Shown here piece after piece: positions 9,851 to 18,839 of a DNA stretch of 64,000 nt. Position numbers and translations under genes: made by a program. The first letter of the stretch is position 1, and each line of letters opens with the position of its first letter. Under the pieces are notes generated by a model. It made no database searches, was not told where the DNA came from, and worked only from the letters and a program-made list of their open reading frames with translations. The DNA comes from Chloroflexia bacterium (GTDB taxonomy: Bacteria > Chloroflexota > Chloroflexia > QHBQ01 > JADMIH01): the NCBI GenBank assembly GCA_036399775.1, contig DASWMJ010000002.1, positions 1,123 to 65,122 on the forward strand, in the 5' to 3' direction.

Positions 9851-10585
9851 TTATCGGTAATCAATATGCTTCAAATGTTTACGCGAATTGCAAGAGCCGC
9901 ACAACGGTTGAATGTTCTCAATCGTATTCAACCCACCATGCTTCAGAGGGACCACATGATCCCTTGTAAGAACGATGCCGGGCTCCTGCAACCCACAGCA
10001 GAGACACCTACGATCATAACGGGCCTTCAGCTGTTCCCACTGCTCTGCTGTGAATGCACCGTAACTCCCAGAGAGTCTGGCGCGTCTGGCGTGGTCGCTG
10101 GCGAGCCGTCGATCTGGATGTCGCTGCCTGTAGGCCCGTTCATAGAGACGGTGCTGCTCGCGGTTCGCGGGCGGGCGCAGACGCTTCCCTTTGTTAGCCG
10201 TATAATACGCACGGCTTCGAGCCTGGACATCCTCTCTGTGCGACAAAACATAGTTTCGGTCGCTGGCCCGCTTCTTGTCGGGATTTGCTGCGCGCCAAGC
10301 TCTATTACGCTCAAGGATGCGTTGCTGGTGACGTGCGTATGCTTGTTTGGCCGCTCGGCGTCCGTAAGCTCGGCATTCTTCAATGTTTGCAAGTCGATTT
10401 TCAATACATTGAGTACGATGAGCCGCGTGATAAGCACGACTTTGCGCTTTATTGCAGCCGCTGCAGTCAGCGCGACGCTTACCTCTGTCAAAGAAGTAAC
10501 TATCACTTGGTCGCCAATTTCCGCACTTCGAGCAAATTTTGCCCTCAGGCTGTGGGGGCATATCAGTATCTGTTATAATGGGCAT
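9851..10585 (-). CDS. HNH endonuclease
   Basis: The C-terminal DHVVPLKHGG...NIQPLCGSCNSRK is a canonical HNH motif. N-terminal CxxC pairs are present. Confidence 0.8.
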   Translation of the reverse strand: MPIITDTDMPPQPEGKICSKCGNWRPSDSYFFDRGKRRADCSGCNKAQSRAYHAAHRTQCIENRLANIEECRAYGRRAAKQAYARHQQRILERNRAWRAANPDKKRASDRNYVLSHREDVQARSRAYYTANKGKRLRPPANREQHRLYERAYRQRHPDRRLASDHARRARLSGSYGAFTAEQWEQLKARYDRRCLCCGLQEPGIVLTRDHVVPLKHGGLNTIENIQPLCGSCNSRKHLKHIDYR

Positions 10586-10729
10586 GTCAGTCTCCTTGGT
10601 AGATTGACCGTGCCTCGGCTGTTAGCAGCAGCGCGAGGTTTTGTTGTGCCTATTTTATCACATCTAGGTCGTTTTACGACAGAAACCTTGAGCCGGCGCT
10701 CTTACAGCCGGCAGCATAGGAGGAAAAGA

Positions 10730-11878
10730 TTGGACCTGATACTGCTCTACTTACTTGCCCTGCAGCAGCCCGATACGGGCGTCGACGTGAGGGGGCTGCT
10801 GCTGCTGGCCCTCGGCCCGGGCGCCGGCCTGCTCCAGCAGTGGGTGATGCCCAGGGCCCTCGATGTGTTGAAGGACGGCCTCAAGGTGGGCCCCTGGACG
10901 TGGTACTGGGAGCCCGGCCCCCGTGGCAAGCGCTTCCTGGCCGTGGCCCTCGGCATGGGTATACCCACGCTTCTCTACGTGGGCCTGGGGGTCTGGTGGC
11001 TCGAATACTGGGTCTACGATAAAGAGGTCCACCTCGCAGTCATGGGTGCGGCCTTCGGCTTTTCTCAAATCATCCACGGCTTCACCATGCGCAAGGAGGT
11101 CCCCGTAGCGCCGCCCGTAGACTATGTGCTCCCCAATGCGATAACCGCAAGCGTCCACCCCATGCTTGCCCCCCAGTCCAATATGAACCCCCTGCAGCCG
11201 GACGACGACCAGGGCGACGCTGAGTATGGTAGCCCGCCCACCACCCCGCTGGTCGAAAAAGTAGAGTGGACCCCTCCAGGAAAGGTGCAGGTACTCCAGG
11301 GGGAGTGGCACCCTGAGCCGTTCTTTGAATGCTACAGCGAAGCCAAGGAGGTCCAGGGTGTCGAAGAGGAGATGGAGGGGCTGCTCGGCGAGGGCATACA
11401 AATGGGCGAGGGCTTTTCGCCGGCCGACGGCACGGAGACCGAGCTTGAGCCTCTGTCCGGGGCCCCGGTCAATGCGGGTCCCATAGGTAACGAGAAGGGT
11501 AAAAAAAAAGTAAGCGAGCGCCTGACGCCCGTGTTCAATAAGGAGGAAATTGTGGATCCAGAAGAAACTATAGTCTATGAGGGGGAGGAGAATCTGGGAA
11601 CAGCTTCGGGGTCGTCACCTGGCGACCAACTATCCGACTTTCCTCCTGGTTCCGGTCAGCAGGGAGAAGAAGGGGTTGTGGCTGCTCCCCTTCTTCTCCC
11701 TGAGCAACCGGCGTTTTCCCCGGGTCCTGTGCCCAGCGGCACCTGGACCGTCGGAGAAGCTGAAGAGCCTGCTGTCGAAGAGAAGCCCGCCAAAGCACCG
11801 CCTGCCCCCAAGCTCAGCCGCGGCCTCACCAGGGCCAAAAACGAAGAGGCTGAGCGCCGGGCCGGAAACCGCGCATAA
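10730..11878 (+). CDS. membrane protein with acidic/Pro-rich low-complexity C-terminal tail
   Basis: AGGAGGA RBS then TTG at 10730, in frame with the long tracked ORF. It has 3 hydrophobic helices and a D/E/P/G-rich tail. The opposite-strand ORF 10751-11401 looks like antisense junk. Confidence 0.45.
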   Translation: MDLILLYLLALQQPDTGVDVRGLLLLALGPGAGLLQQWVMPRALDVLKDGLKVGPWTWYWEPGPRGKRFLAVALGMGIPTLLYVGLGVWWLEYWVYDKEVHLAVMGAAFGFSQIIHGFTMRKEVPVAPPVDYVLPNAITASVHPMLAPQSNMNPLQPDDDQGDAEYGSPPTTPLVEKVEWTPPGKVQVLQGEWHPEPFFECYSEAKEVQGVEEEMEGLLGEGIQMGEGFSPADGTETELEPLSGAPVNAGPIGNEKGKKKVSERLTPVFNKEEIVDPEETIVYEGEENLGTASGSSPGDQLSDFPPGSGQQGEEGVVAAPLLLPEQPAFSPGPVPSGTWTVGEAEEPAVEEKPAKAPPAPKLSRGLTRAKNEEAERRAGNRA

Positions 11879-11956
11879 GAAAAAGAGGCCACCTGCAAGA
11901 GCTTTAGGGGTAGCAGGCAACCTCTCAAAACTATCCCCATTAGATGGCAGTCGTCA

Positions 11957-11990
11957 GGGGTAGCGCGCGTCTAACGCACCCCTATTATAG
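11957..11990 (+). terminator. putative intrinsic terminator hairpin (GGGGTAGCG...CGCACCCC followed by TATTATAG)
   Basis: GC-rich stem followed by a T-rich tract downstream of 10730-11878. An AGGGGTAGC direct repeat lies nearby. Confidence 0.35.
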
Positions 11991-12013
11991 CAGGGTTTTA
12001 TCAGGATAGCAAG

Positions 12014-12868
12014 ATGGAAAAGCGGAACCTGGGCCTATTTTTTTCACTGCCGATGGGCAAGCGCGAGCGTGATGGCCTTGAGCTGTCAGGCGTCGACCTG
12101 GTGATGCTGGTGAAGGCTCATGCTGCCCAGGATATGCCTTATCTGCGCGACCGTAAAATCCGCACGATCGTGCGTCTTGAAGAGAGCGACTACGACCGCC
12201 CAGACGACGCAGCGGACTTCAGCAGCTGGCTCACTATCTGGAAAGACTACGTGTGGGCGGTGATTTGCGGCTGCGAGCCTGAGAATCGCTTCAAGTGGCA
12301 CTACGGCTCCAGAGACTGGGGCAACAGGACCAACGATAAAGGCGACAACCCTGTTCGCCGGCACGCGAGGGCGGTCGAGCGCATGCGCTTGATAGCTCAG
12401 TGGCAGAAGGTGCGCTTCTGCTCCCCCGGCTGGACGCACCGAGATCCCGGTATGGCCTTCGGGCCTGCACCCGACGAAGGGCCACAGCCGGGGTTCTATC
12501 CCTGGATAGAGGACACTCGCAACGCCTACGACGCCTGCACCTATAACTGCGACCATATCTACCCCTGGGATGGCAGCGACTACGATATACGCGAGCGCTA
12601 CATGCGCAAGCTCAACCAGGTGGTGGCGTCGCGGCACAAGGAAGTAATCCTCGACGAGGTGAACGTGCGCGACAACCGCCTGACGACCGAGGAGCACATG
12701 GCCCGCACCCTTAACATCGCGACCGCCACTCTCCCCATTCAAAGGGTGATAGCGATGTTCCCGTTTGTGATGAACGGGGATCCCGCAGGCGGCGGCTGGT
12801 CCCCTAAACAACTGATGAACTCAACCGAATGCTACCGCCAGGTGCGGGACTGGCGTTCAGCAAACTAG
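12014..12868 (+). CDS. hypothetical protein (possible TIM-barrel glycoside-hydrolase-like; unverified)
   Basis: 284-aa ORF with acidic candidate catalytic motifs (ILDEVNV, FVMNGDPAGGGW). No family confidently recognised. Confidence 0.45.
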   Translation: MEKRNLGLFFSLPMGKRERDGLELSGVDLVMLVKAHAAQDMPYLRDRKIRTIVRLEESDYDRPDDAADFSSWLTIWKDYVWAVICGCEPENRFKWHYGSRDWGNRTNDKGDNPVRRHARAVERMRLIAQWQKVRFCSPGWTHRDPGMAFGPAPDEGPQPGFYPWIEDTRNAYDACTYNCDHIYPWDGSDYDIRERYMRKLNQVVASRHKEVILDEVNVRDNRLTTEEHMARTLNIATATLPIQRVIAMFPFVMNGDPAGGGWSPKQLMNSTECYRQVRDWRSAN

Positions 12869-12878
12869 GAGGAAGCAC

Positions 12879-13535
12879 ATGCCATCTCAGAGTGAGCTAT
12901 TGAAGGCGCTCATCGATAACACCGATTCATCCGCAGCAGTGGGCGCAGATGCGCGGCAGATGCAGGGCACCACCGAGGTGGGTGAGGAGGTTGTGGGTAA
13001 CCCCGTGGTGGTAGGAGGTGTTGTTGGAGGCGCCGTGCAAGTCCTACCCCTGGTGGGGCTGGTGGCAGCAGTGGCAGCAGTGGCGGCTACGGGCATGCTT
13101 ACTCTTTCCGATCAGGGTACGACCGGGCGCGTACTCACGATCAACGGAGTGGCGTTCGGTATTGCAACGTCTGGCCAAACCCTGGGAGGTACGATAATCA
13201 ACAGAGGCGTAGACGAAACCGCTTTTGCAACCAACATAGCAGCCGTCCTTAATGCTCATGCCTCCCCCCTAGTCAGGGCTGCGACCTATGTTGTAGACAC
13301 CGGGGTGTTTACTAGCGTTGTTATCACGCACGACACCCCCGGTGCCGCAGGCAACGCCTTTACTATCTCAACGAATGACCCAAATCTGACGCCATCGGGG
13401 GCAACTCTTACGGGGGGCGAGGATGCGGTGCCCGCTGTGTACGGTGTGGTTGTGGACAACAGTGGCGTAGAAGCCTTGCTGGAAGAGATGGTAGGGTTGC
13501 TTGAGGACATCAAGACTAACACGACACCTGCCTAA
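12879..13535 (+). CDS. hypothetical phage protein with Gly/Val/Ala-rich hydrophobic segment
   Basis: AGGAGG RBS. Contains VVVGGVVGGAVQVLPLVGLVAAVAAVAATG. Confidence 0.45.
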   Translation: MPSQSELLKALIDNTDSSAAVGADARQMQGTTEVGEEVVGNPVVVGGVVGGAVQVLPLVGLVAAVAAVAATGMLTLSDQGTTGRVLTINGVAFGIATSGQTLGGTIINRGVDETAFATNIAAVLNAHASPLVRAATYVVDTGVFTSVVITHDTPGAAGNAFTISTNDPNLTPSGATLTGGEDAVPAVYGVVVDNSGVEALLEEMVGLLEDIKTNTTPA

Positions 13536-13927
13536 TGGCACACATCGTGATCCACGGCACGCCGGTCGTTGTCATAGACTTTCCGAGGCTCCCCTCGGTG
13601 AACGATATGATAAAGGTGGCCGCCAACACCCACGCCAGGAACAGGTTCGAGCAAAACTGGCGTAACGAGGGCAAGATGGTAGCCCTCAACTGGGTCAACA
13701 AGCACAACTACGTCTTTGCTCACGCCCTGATCGTCGTGCGCGTCACCAGGGAGAACAAAATCCGGCGCGACATCCACAACCTGTATTGTAAACCAATCTT
13801 AGACGGCTTCACCGACGCCGGCCTGTGGCTCGATGACAACGAGCAGACGATCCCCCAGGTGCTACTGATTTACGACGGGGTGGGGGAGCCCAGGGTCTCA
13901 TTTGAGATCTACGAGCTGGACGCATAA
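13535..13927 (+). CDS. rusA: RusA-like Holliday junction resolvase
   Basis: CKPILDGFTDAGLWLDDNEQ resembles the RusA K-PD(I/L)DN...DD catalytic region. About 130 aa, typical for RusA. Confidence 0.55.
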   Translation: MAHIVIHGTPVVVIDFPRLPSVNDMIKVAANTHARNRFEQNWRNEGKMVALNWVNKHNYVFAHALIVVRVTRENKIRRDIHNLYCKPILDGFTDAGLWLDDNEQTIPQVLLIYDGVGEPRVSFEIYELDA

Positions 13928-14014
13928 AGAAGGGCCACTCTCACGGGCGGCCCTTGTCCGGCAATACGATCGCCGGGGTAGGACTACATAATACCATAAT
14001 ACAATTGGATACAC

Positions 14015-14047
14015 AAGGGCCGGGTTTGATCCCCGGCCCTTATTTGG
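14015..14047. terminator. bidirectional hairpin (AAGGGCCGGG-TTTGATC-CCCGGCCCTT) that also duplicates the T-arm of the adjacent tRNA-like gene
   Basis: 10-bp GC stem, 7-nt loop, followed by TTATTT. It lies between convergent + and - transcription units. 17 nt are identical, in inverted orientation, to 14054-14071. Confidence 0.45.
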
Positions 14048-14165
14048 TAGCAGAGCCGGGGATCAAACCCGCTCAGGCACCTGCTTCATTCGGCACACAG
14101 TCCATTGATTAAGCCCGAATCGAACGGGCTGCCCGGTCGCCTGCGCTATCACCAGCTGCTCTGCT
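14045..14165 (-). ncRNA. tRNA-like structured RNA (about 121 nt; 8-bp terminal stem, T-arm-like hairpins, ACCA 3' end; core does not fold as a canonical tRNA)
   Basis: The reverse complement ends ...GGGTTTGATCCCCGGCTCTGCTACCA. The 5' AGCAGAGC pairs with GCTCTGCT. An internal perfect T-arm-like hairpin is GCCCG-TTCGATT-CGGGC. Confidence 0.3.
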
Positions 14166-14168
14166 TCG

Positions 14169-14435
14169 TTAGTTGCTTTTCCTCCCCTGTGCTTTTTTGA
14201 AGCGATCCCTATAAGATTGTAGCTCCATTTCCAGAAATACAGCCGCGCCGCTGAGGTCTGCCCCAGCATGCTGCGTCCAACCTGTGTCGGCTTCCTTGAA
14301 CCTCTCCAATAGTTCTTCGAATACCTGCTCCAGGGTTTCGTCACGCTCCCTTGTTAACTCTGTTACAGCTTCTGCACCCGCATATTGGACTGCAAGCTCT
14401 ATTGGTGTCGGTTCAGGCTCGTTATCCTGGGTCAT
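14169..14435 (-). CDS. small acidic protein (88 aa) located between the two tRNA-like genes
   Basis: GGAGGG RBS 5 nt upstream of ATG. Strongly acidic (EPEPTPIEL..EELLERFKEAD). Confidence 0.55.
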   Translation of the reverse strand: MTQDNEPEPTPIELAVQYAGAEAVTELTRERDETLEQVFEELLERFKEADTGWTQHAGADLSGAAVFLEMELQSYRDRFKKAQGRKSN

Positions 14436-14456
14436 ATTGTCCCTCCAAAAGAAGTT

Positions 14457-14563
14457 TGGTGGACGGGGCAGGCCTCGAACCTGCGACCTGGCATACTAAG
14501 CCGGACTTACGCTGATCAGTGCTGCCGCCCTTCAACCCGCTCTCCCGCTTGAGCTACCCGCCC
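14457..14563 (-). tRNA. atypical tRNA-like gene (107 nt: canonical acceptor, D-arm, T-arm and CCA, with about 30 extra nt in the anticodon/variable region)
   Basis: Reverse complement: GGGCGGG-TA-GCTC-AAGCGGGA-GAGC ... GCAGG-TTCGAGG-CCTGC-CCCGTCC-A-CCA. The acceptor has 7 bp with one G-U pair. The central 54 nt do not give a clean 17-nt anticodon arm. The best candidate is CCGGC-TTAGTAT-GCCAG. Confidence 0.45.
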
Positions 14564-14566
14564 ACA

Positions 14567-14803
14567 TTAACTGTCCTCTCCCCACCTGGCCTTGTTAGCT
14601 TTGCGTGCGGCCCACGCACGAGCGCGGTCCAGCAAGTACGCCAGTTGGAGCCACAACCACACATTGATGCCGGTCCTAGGCGCTACAGTCTTGCGGCCAT
14701 CAATCGTGATAGGCGACTTGCTTACATAGCCGCTGCACAGTAAAGTGACTGTGGCCCCGGTCCCCTCTCCATATACCTTCCCACTTACTACCTCGTCCGC
14801 CAC
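14567..14803 (-). CDS. hypothetical phage protein
   Basis: AGGAGG RBS 6 nt upstream of a GTG start. 78 aa. Confidence 0.45.
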   Translation of the reverse strand: MADEVVSGKVYGEGTGATVTLLCSGYVSKSPITIDGRKTVAPRTGINVWLWLQLAYLLDRARAWAARKANKARWGEDS

Positions 14804-14996
14804 TGCTTTCCTCCTATATGCTGGTCCTGGCCGTACGGCGCCACTCGCATTGCAACGCCGTACGACTCCACCTTAACTGTCTTCCCTGCTCACGCCTAGA
14901 ACATTCACAGATCTTACAGCCAGGACTTGAATGCTACCTCGAACCACGGGTCTTTTTGTGGGCGGCCGTTGCGAACTCCACTTCCCACATATAGCA

Positions 14997-15395
14997 TCAC
15001 GGTAATTGTACACCTGCCTGCCTCTGCTGTGCAAGTTTGAGTGCGGCCCTGCAGATAGCAAGGGCCGGTTCATCGGCATTCACATCGAATGAGTCCGGGT
15101 AACCCCAGTTGCCGTCCCAGCGATTGTTGTTGGTTACCAGCCACTGTCCATCGTGAGGGCCTATACTCAGGCCCAGCTTCTTCAGCACCAGCCAGGCAGC
15201 GGCCATGTCGTCACTGTTGCTGTAGGGTGGGAGGCAGGGCCAGCGCCCCACCTGCGGCTCGTATTTCCCCAAACATAGGGGGTCGCCCAAGGAGCAGTCA
15301 CCCACTCTGCGCTGGTCCATAGCATACCTGGCTACCCAGTCGTTGAGCTGGGACCCAGGGGGGTGCTGTAGCATTATGTCAAAATCAGGATCCAT
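14997..15395 (-). CDS. hypothetical phage protein
   Basis: 132-aa ORF in the minus-strand early block. Confidence 0.45.
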   Translation of the reverse strand: MDPDFDIMLQHPPGSQLNDWVARYAMDQRRVGDCSLGDPLCLGKYEPQVGRWPCLPPYSNSDDMAAAWLVLKKLGLSIGPHDGQWLVTNNNRWDGNWGYPDSFDVNADEPALAICRAALKLAQQRQAGVQLP

Positions 15396-15397
15396 AG

Positions 15398-15643
15398 TTA
15401 TTCTCCAGCAGGTGTACTTTTATTCTTGGACGATCCTCGTATTATCCTCTCAACTTCATAGATAGGGCGTTGAGAGTAAACAGCTTGCCCCGACTTCAAG
15501 ATTATTTTGGTGCGTCTTTGGTCGAACTCCGGATACTCCATTGCAGCGATCTCTTCAGGGTTCACCCATGTTGGGCAGCGATCGGTGCCCAGGTTGAGCA
15601 GCACCAGGGGTGGGGCATACGTAGAGTATTGAAAGTCGCTCAT
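15398..15643 (-). CDS. hypothetical phage protein
   Basis: 81-aa ORF tightly packed with its neighbours. Confidence 0.4.
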   Translation of the reverse strand: MSDFQYSTYAPPLVLLNLGTDRCPTWVNPEEIAAMEYPEFDQRRTKIILKSGQAVYSQRPIYEVERIIRGSSKNKSTPAGE

Positions 15644-15644
15644 T

Positions 15645-16103
15645 TCATTCCTCCATCAGGTCAAAGTAACAGTCTCCGCACAGGTAGGAAGCAGGATCTA
15701 TTACTCCCATTGAGTGCTCCAGCTTGTTCAACAAATGCTCAGGCAGCACGCTTATAGGCCGTATAAACCGCATGCTCCAGCCCGATGGCTCAGTTGCGAC
15801 AGGGTAAGGCTTTAAGCACCGTACGCATGTGAGTCTGTTATCTGCATTTGCTATAGGTGGCTTCTTTTCTTCTCCACTTTCCTCCTCATCGGGCTCCCAC
15901 TCAACCTCCTCAGACCGCACGTTGATGGCCGCTATCATGCGCAGCCCGTCTTCGCAATCAGGGTCAGGGCGAAAGATTGTCAAATTATGCACATCGTTGG
16001 GCCACACCATATCGGTGTCTTCGTAGGCGGCCAGCAGCTCCTTGAGCTTCCCTATTGGTATATACCGAAACTCTACATCACCTGCCATCTTCGCCCTCCC
16101 CAA
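15645..16103 (-). CDS. Zn-ribbon protein (CVRC...CGDC) with conserved C-terminal YLCGDCYFDLMEE
   Basis: Two CxxC pairs. The C-terminal motif is shared with 19326-19556. Confidence 0.5.
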   Translation of the reverse strand: MGRAKMAGDVEFRYIPIGKLKELLAAYEDTDMVWPNDVHNLTIFRPDPDCEDGLRMIAAINVRSEEVEWEPDEEESGEEKKPPIANADNRLTCVRCLKPYPVATEPSGWSMRFIRPISVLPEHLLNKLEHSMGVIDPASYLCGDCYFDLMEE

Positions 16104-16292
16104 AACCCTTTACAGCCTGATCTATTCTGATAATAACCCATTCAACAAAACAAGCGAGACACACGTCCGACATGGTACGACCTGGTGTTGTCAACTCGTG
16201 CGACTCCAATATATTTTCATTATCCGGCTGTTCTGTTCCGCACAACACCTTGTACTCCCAACTAAATGCCGTTAGACTGGCTATATGTTTGG

Positions 16293-16565
16293 TCATAAGT
16301 GTGACGTCTCCTCGTTATTATCCTCCTCCAATACAGGCTCCAGCCACCAGTCAGCCGGGTGGGTAGTAAACGGTTTACCTGCATCTTCCGCAGGTCGAGA
16401 AAGCATTGGTGTCAACTTAATACCAGGCTGCGGTTTCAAAGACTCTACTCCAAAGACTTCTTCCTGCGCATTCAACATGTGAATCAGATGGTCGGCGAAT
16501 GGGCCCTTAACTGCCCACTTTGCATTGCCTTCAGTGTCTACAACCATTACAATATATTTACTCAT
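16293..16565 (-). CDS. hypothetical phage protein (start at MSKYIV with GAGGAGGG RBS)
   Basis: Internal ATG with a strong RBS. The longer tracked ORF would overlap the upstream gene. Confidence 0.4.
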   Translation of the reverse strand: MSKYIVMVVDTEGNAKWAVKGPFADHLIHMLNAQEEVFGVESLKPQPGIKLTPMLSRPAEDAGKPFTTHPADWWLEPVLEEDNNEETSHL

Positions 16566-17036
16566 TTTCTTCCCTCCTCGGAAAATCGTGTAGTTCCTCC
16601 AGCCAGTCAGGAGTAGGCTGCCGCAAAATAATTGCATGCTGCTCTACCAAATCGCGCAGCCTGCCTATAATTATATTCCTCTGGTTGACGGCCTCCATCC
16701 CCTCTATCGAGCCATCAGACTTCATCACTGCTGCATTATGGCCGCCAAGCGCCAGGCAAGCAGCCATCTCATAGGCACGCTGAGACCCTCCAAAGCGCGT
16801 ACTCACTACAAAATGGTGGCGAGTGGTGCCTGGCCTGGTCGAAGGATCAATGACGACCCCCGTATGGCCCGTGAGCTCAGCTGCTGCTTTGCGCACCTCG
16901 TAGGGGATCAGCGCCCCGCAGTAGTAGCAGCAGCTGTACCTGTGCGGACTGTCAGTCTTTGCCCCGCAGACGCACACGTAAGGCTCGGGCTCCGGCGGTA
17001 TCGGGCCGTATTCATCGTGGCTAGGGTCACTCATGG
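16558..17036 (-). CDS. hypothetical phage protein (Cys-rich N-terminus CVCG...CCYYCG)
   Basis: The ORF from MSDPSHDEY is kept. The Arg-rich N-terminal extension of the tracked ORF is judged spurious. Confidence 0.4.
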
Positions 17037-17461
17037 TCGTGCTTGTGCCTCTCATACAACTTCTTCTGAGCCTCTGCCCACGCCTTCGCAGTGCCCGTCT
17101 CAAAGCACATGGTGCAGAGATACTCTGGGGGGTCTCCCCAGCTCTCTTTCTCCTCGTCGCTGGTGCGGTCCTTCTCGCAGAGGAAACACTTGAAGCCCGC
17201 CTTCCCCGCAGCAAAGCATTCCTCGCAAATGTTTCTATTGCGGTAGGTCCAGAGGGTCTCCTTCATTATGCCCGCCTGCGTCAATTGCCTAAGCAAGTGC
17301 GAATCTGACCAGTTTCCTATAAAGATCATCAGCTTCCCACAGGTGGGGCATTTATTGACCCGTAGGCTTACCACTACAAACGTCAACCCATTAATCAGTT
17401 CCACGACCTTCGGCTCAAAAGTGCCGCTGCCTATCTGGTCTATCAGTTTACCGAGGTCCAT
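17027..17461 (-). CDS. Cys-rich Zn-binding protein (4 CxxC pairs)
   Basis: CPTCG, CEEC, CFLC and CTMC pairs within 144 aa. Confidence 0.5.
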   Translation of the reverse strand: MDLGKLIDQIGSGTFEPKVVELINGLTFVVVSLRVNKCPTCGKLMIFIGNWSDSHLLRQLTQAGIMKETLWTYRNRNICEECFAAGKAGFKCFLCEKDRTSDEEKESWGDPPEYLCTMCFETGTAKAWAEAQKKLYERHKHDHE

Positions 17462-18080
17462 CGACTTCCTCCTCTAAGCCCGTGCCGGACCCACCTATGT
17501 GGTGGAGCGGCGCTGCTAGCACTGTCAGTTTATACCTTGTTGTCCAGGGAGCGATCGGGTCCTCCCCTATTATAAGCCCCTTGAATTGCACGGAGACCGC
17601 CTGCCTCCCGGTCAGTAGCTCCGCCAACTCCTGCCACGTCCTATAATAGATGCCTTTCTTGGGGGAGACCGTCGTATTGTTGAGCAGGTCCAGCTTGTCG
17701 GTCTCTGCGGTGACGACGATCTCCATGGTCTCTCGCTCATACTTACGATAGAGGCTGTAGTCTACGCCCCTGGCCAGCTCCTCCGCATCCTGGAGGGGGC
17801 CCAGCAGGGCCGCGAGCTCAAACTCGCGGTACTCGCCGCTCGGCTCTTCCCCTTCCGCAAAGTCAAAGTAAGTCCGGTCATCCAAAGGAAGAAACTTCAC
17901 ACCGAACGGCACGCCCGCAGCCAGCACAGCCATGACCCGCTGCCACACTTTCCAGTAGATCTCCGCCCTGACCTCAGAAAGGCCTTCATTGCTCAACTTT
18001 GTGGGCACTCCATACTTGAGCGATATCCGCATCAGCTCCCTTTTATACAGGCGCACCAGGGTGTAGTCTTTATCGTCCAC
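17448..18080 (-). CDS. hypothetical phage protein
   Basis: 210-aa ORF. Confidence 0.5.
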   Translation of the reverse strand: MDDKDYTLVRLYKRELMRISLKYGVPTKLSNEGLSEVRAEIYWKVWQRVMAVLAAGVPFGVKFLPLDDRTYFDFAEGEEPSGEYREFELAALLGPLQDAEELARGVDYSLYRKYERETMEIVVTAETDKLDLLNNTTVSPKKGIYYRTWQELAELLTGRQAVSVQFKGLIIGEDPIAPWTTRYKLTVLAAPLHHIGGSGTGLEEEVDGPR

Positions 18081-18084
18081 AGCT

Positions 18085-18492
18085 CTAAAACCCTATAGTC
18101 GGTATGTTTAGCATGTCGCTGTAGCGTGCCTCAAACTCTGCGTGCTCTTTCACAACATCTTCGGGAGGCTTCAGGCCCTGGATGTAGTTATACAGGGCGC
18201 GCAGGCTCTCAGGCCCCGGCTTTTCGGCTACCGCATGCACCAGGCGAACGATATCCGCACTCTCCTCGGCACTCGGTGACCACTCGATGTGGTCCCACTT
18301 ATTGTCCTCCATGAAGCCCTTGAAAGAGCCGCAGTCACCGAGCCGGATCGCCGGCGTGGCAAAGTCCACGTCGCGCCAGTACCAGCCGACGTAGGGCAGC
18401 ATCTTGCCATGCCGATCCAATTCGGAGATGCTGTAGGCTCCGCGGTTCTCAATCTCCCTCAGCTTCTCGTTCAGTTCCTCGCTAGTCATCAC
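18085..18492 (-). CDS. hypothetical phage protein
   Basis: 135-aa ORF. Confidence 0.45.
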   Translation of the reverse strand: MMTSEELNEKLREIENRGAYSISELDRHGKMLPYVGWYWRDVDFATPAIRLGDCGSFKGFMEDNKWDHIEWSPSAEESADIVRLVHAVAEKPGPESLRALYNYIQGLKPPEDVVKEHAEFEARYSDMLNIPTIGF

Positions 18493-18839
18493 TTTTCTCC
18501 TCTCATGAGCTGCACAGCAGCCCGCTCAGCGCGCTCCGCCTTGTCGGCCAGGCGCATGCGCGCCTCGAATATAGCAACGCTGTCCTCACCCTGCGAGACT
18601 AAGATACGCTCGGCCTCAAAGAGTAGGTTGCGCGCTGTTCCCAGCTGCTGCGCTATGAACAGGGCTGCTCTGCATTCAGCAACGCTGGGGCGTGGGTGCT
18701 CCCTGTTTAGCCCCTCCATGAAACTCCAGGGTAATTGCTCTATAGGGTCTCTACCTGCCATCATTCTCCTCCTAATAATTACCATCATGTATGCCACAGT
18801 GTGGGCAGTCCCAATCGGCAGCCCACGAAGGCACTTCAT
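18489..18839 (-). CDS. hypothetical phage protein
   Basis: 116-aa ORF overlapping its neighbours by 4 nt. Confidence 0.4.
   Translation of the reverse strand: MKCLRGLPIGTAHTVAYMMVIIRRRMMAGRDPIEQLPWSFMEGLNREHPRPSVAECRAALFIAQQLGTARNLLFEAERILVSQGEDSVAIFEARMRLADKAERAERAAVQLMRGEK

Noticed and set aside
9866-11878. 670-aa + strand ORF spanning the HNH gene region
   Set aside because: Its first about 860 nt are antisense to the well-supported HNH endonuclease gene and read as low-complexity. Only the portion from the TTG at 10730 (with RBS) is plausible.
14873-15079. 68-aa minus-strand ORF in the 14.8-15.0 kb intergenic region
   Set aside because: No RBS and Arg/Pro-rich. The region contains a hairpin (CCGTACGGCG/CGCCGTACG) and is more likely regulatory.
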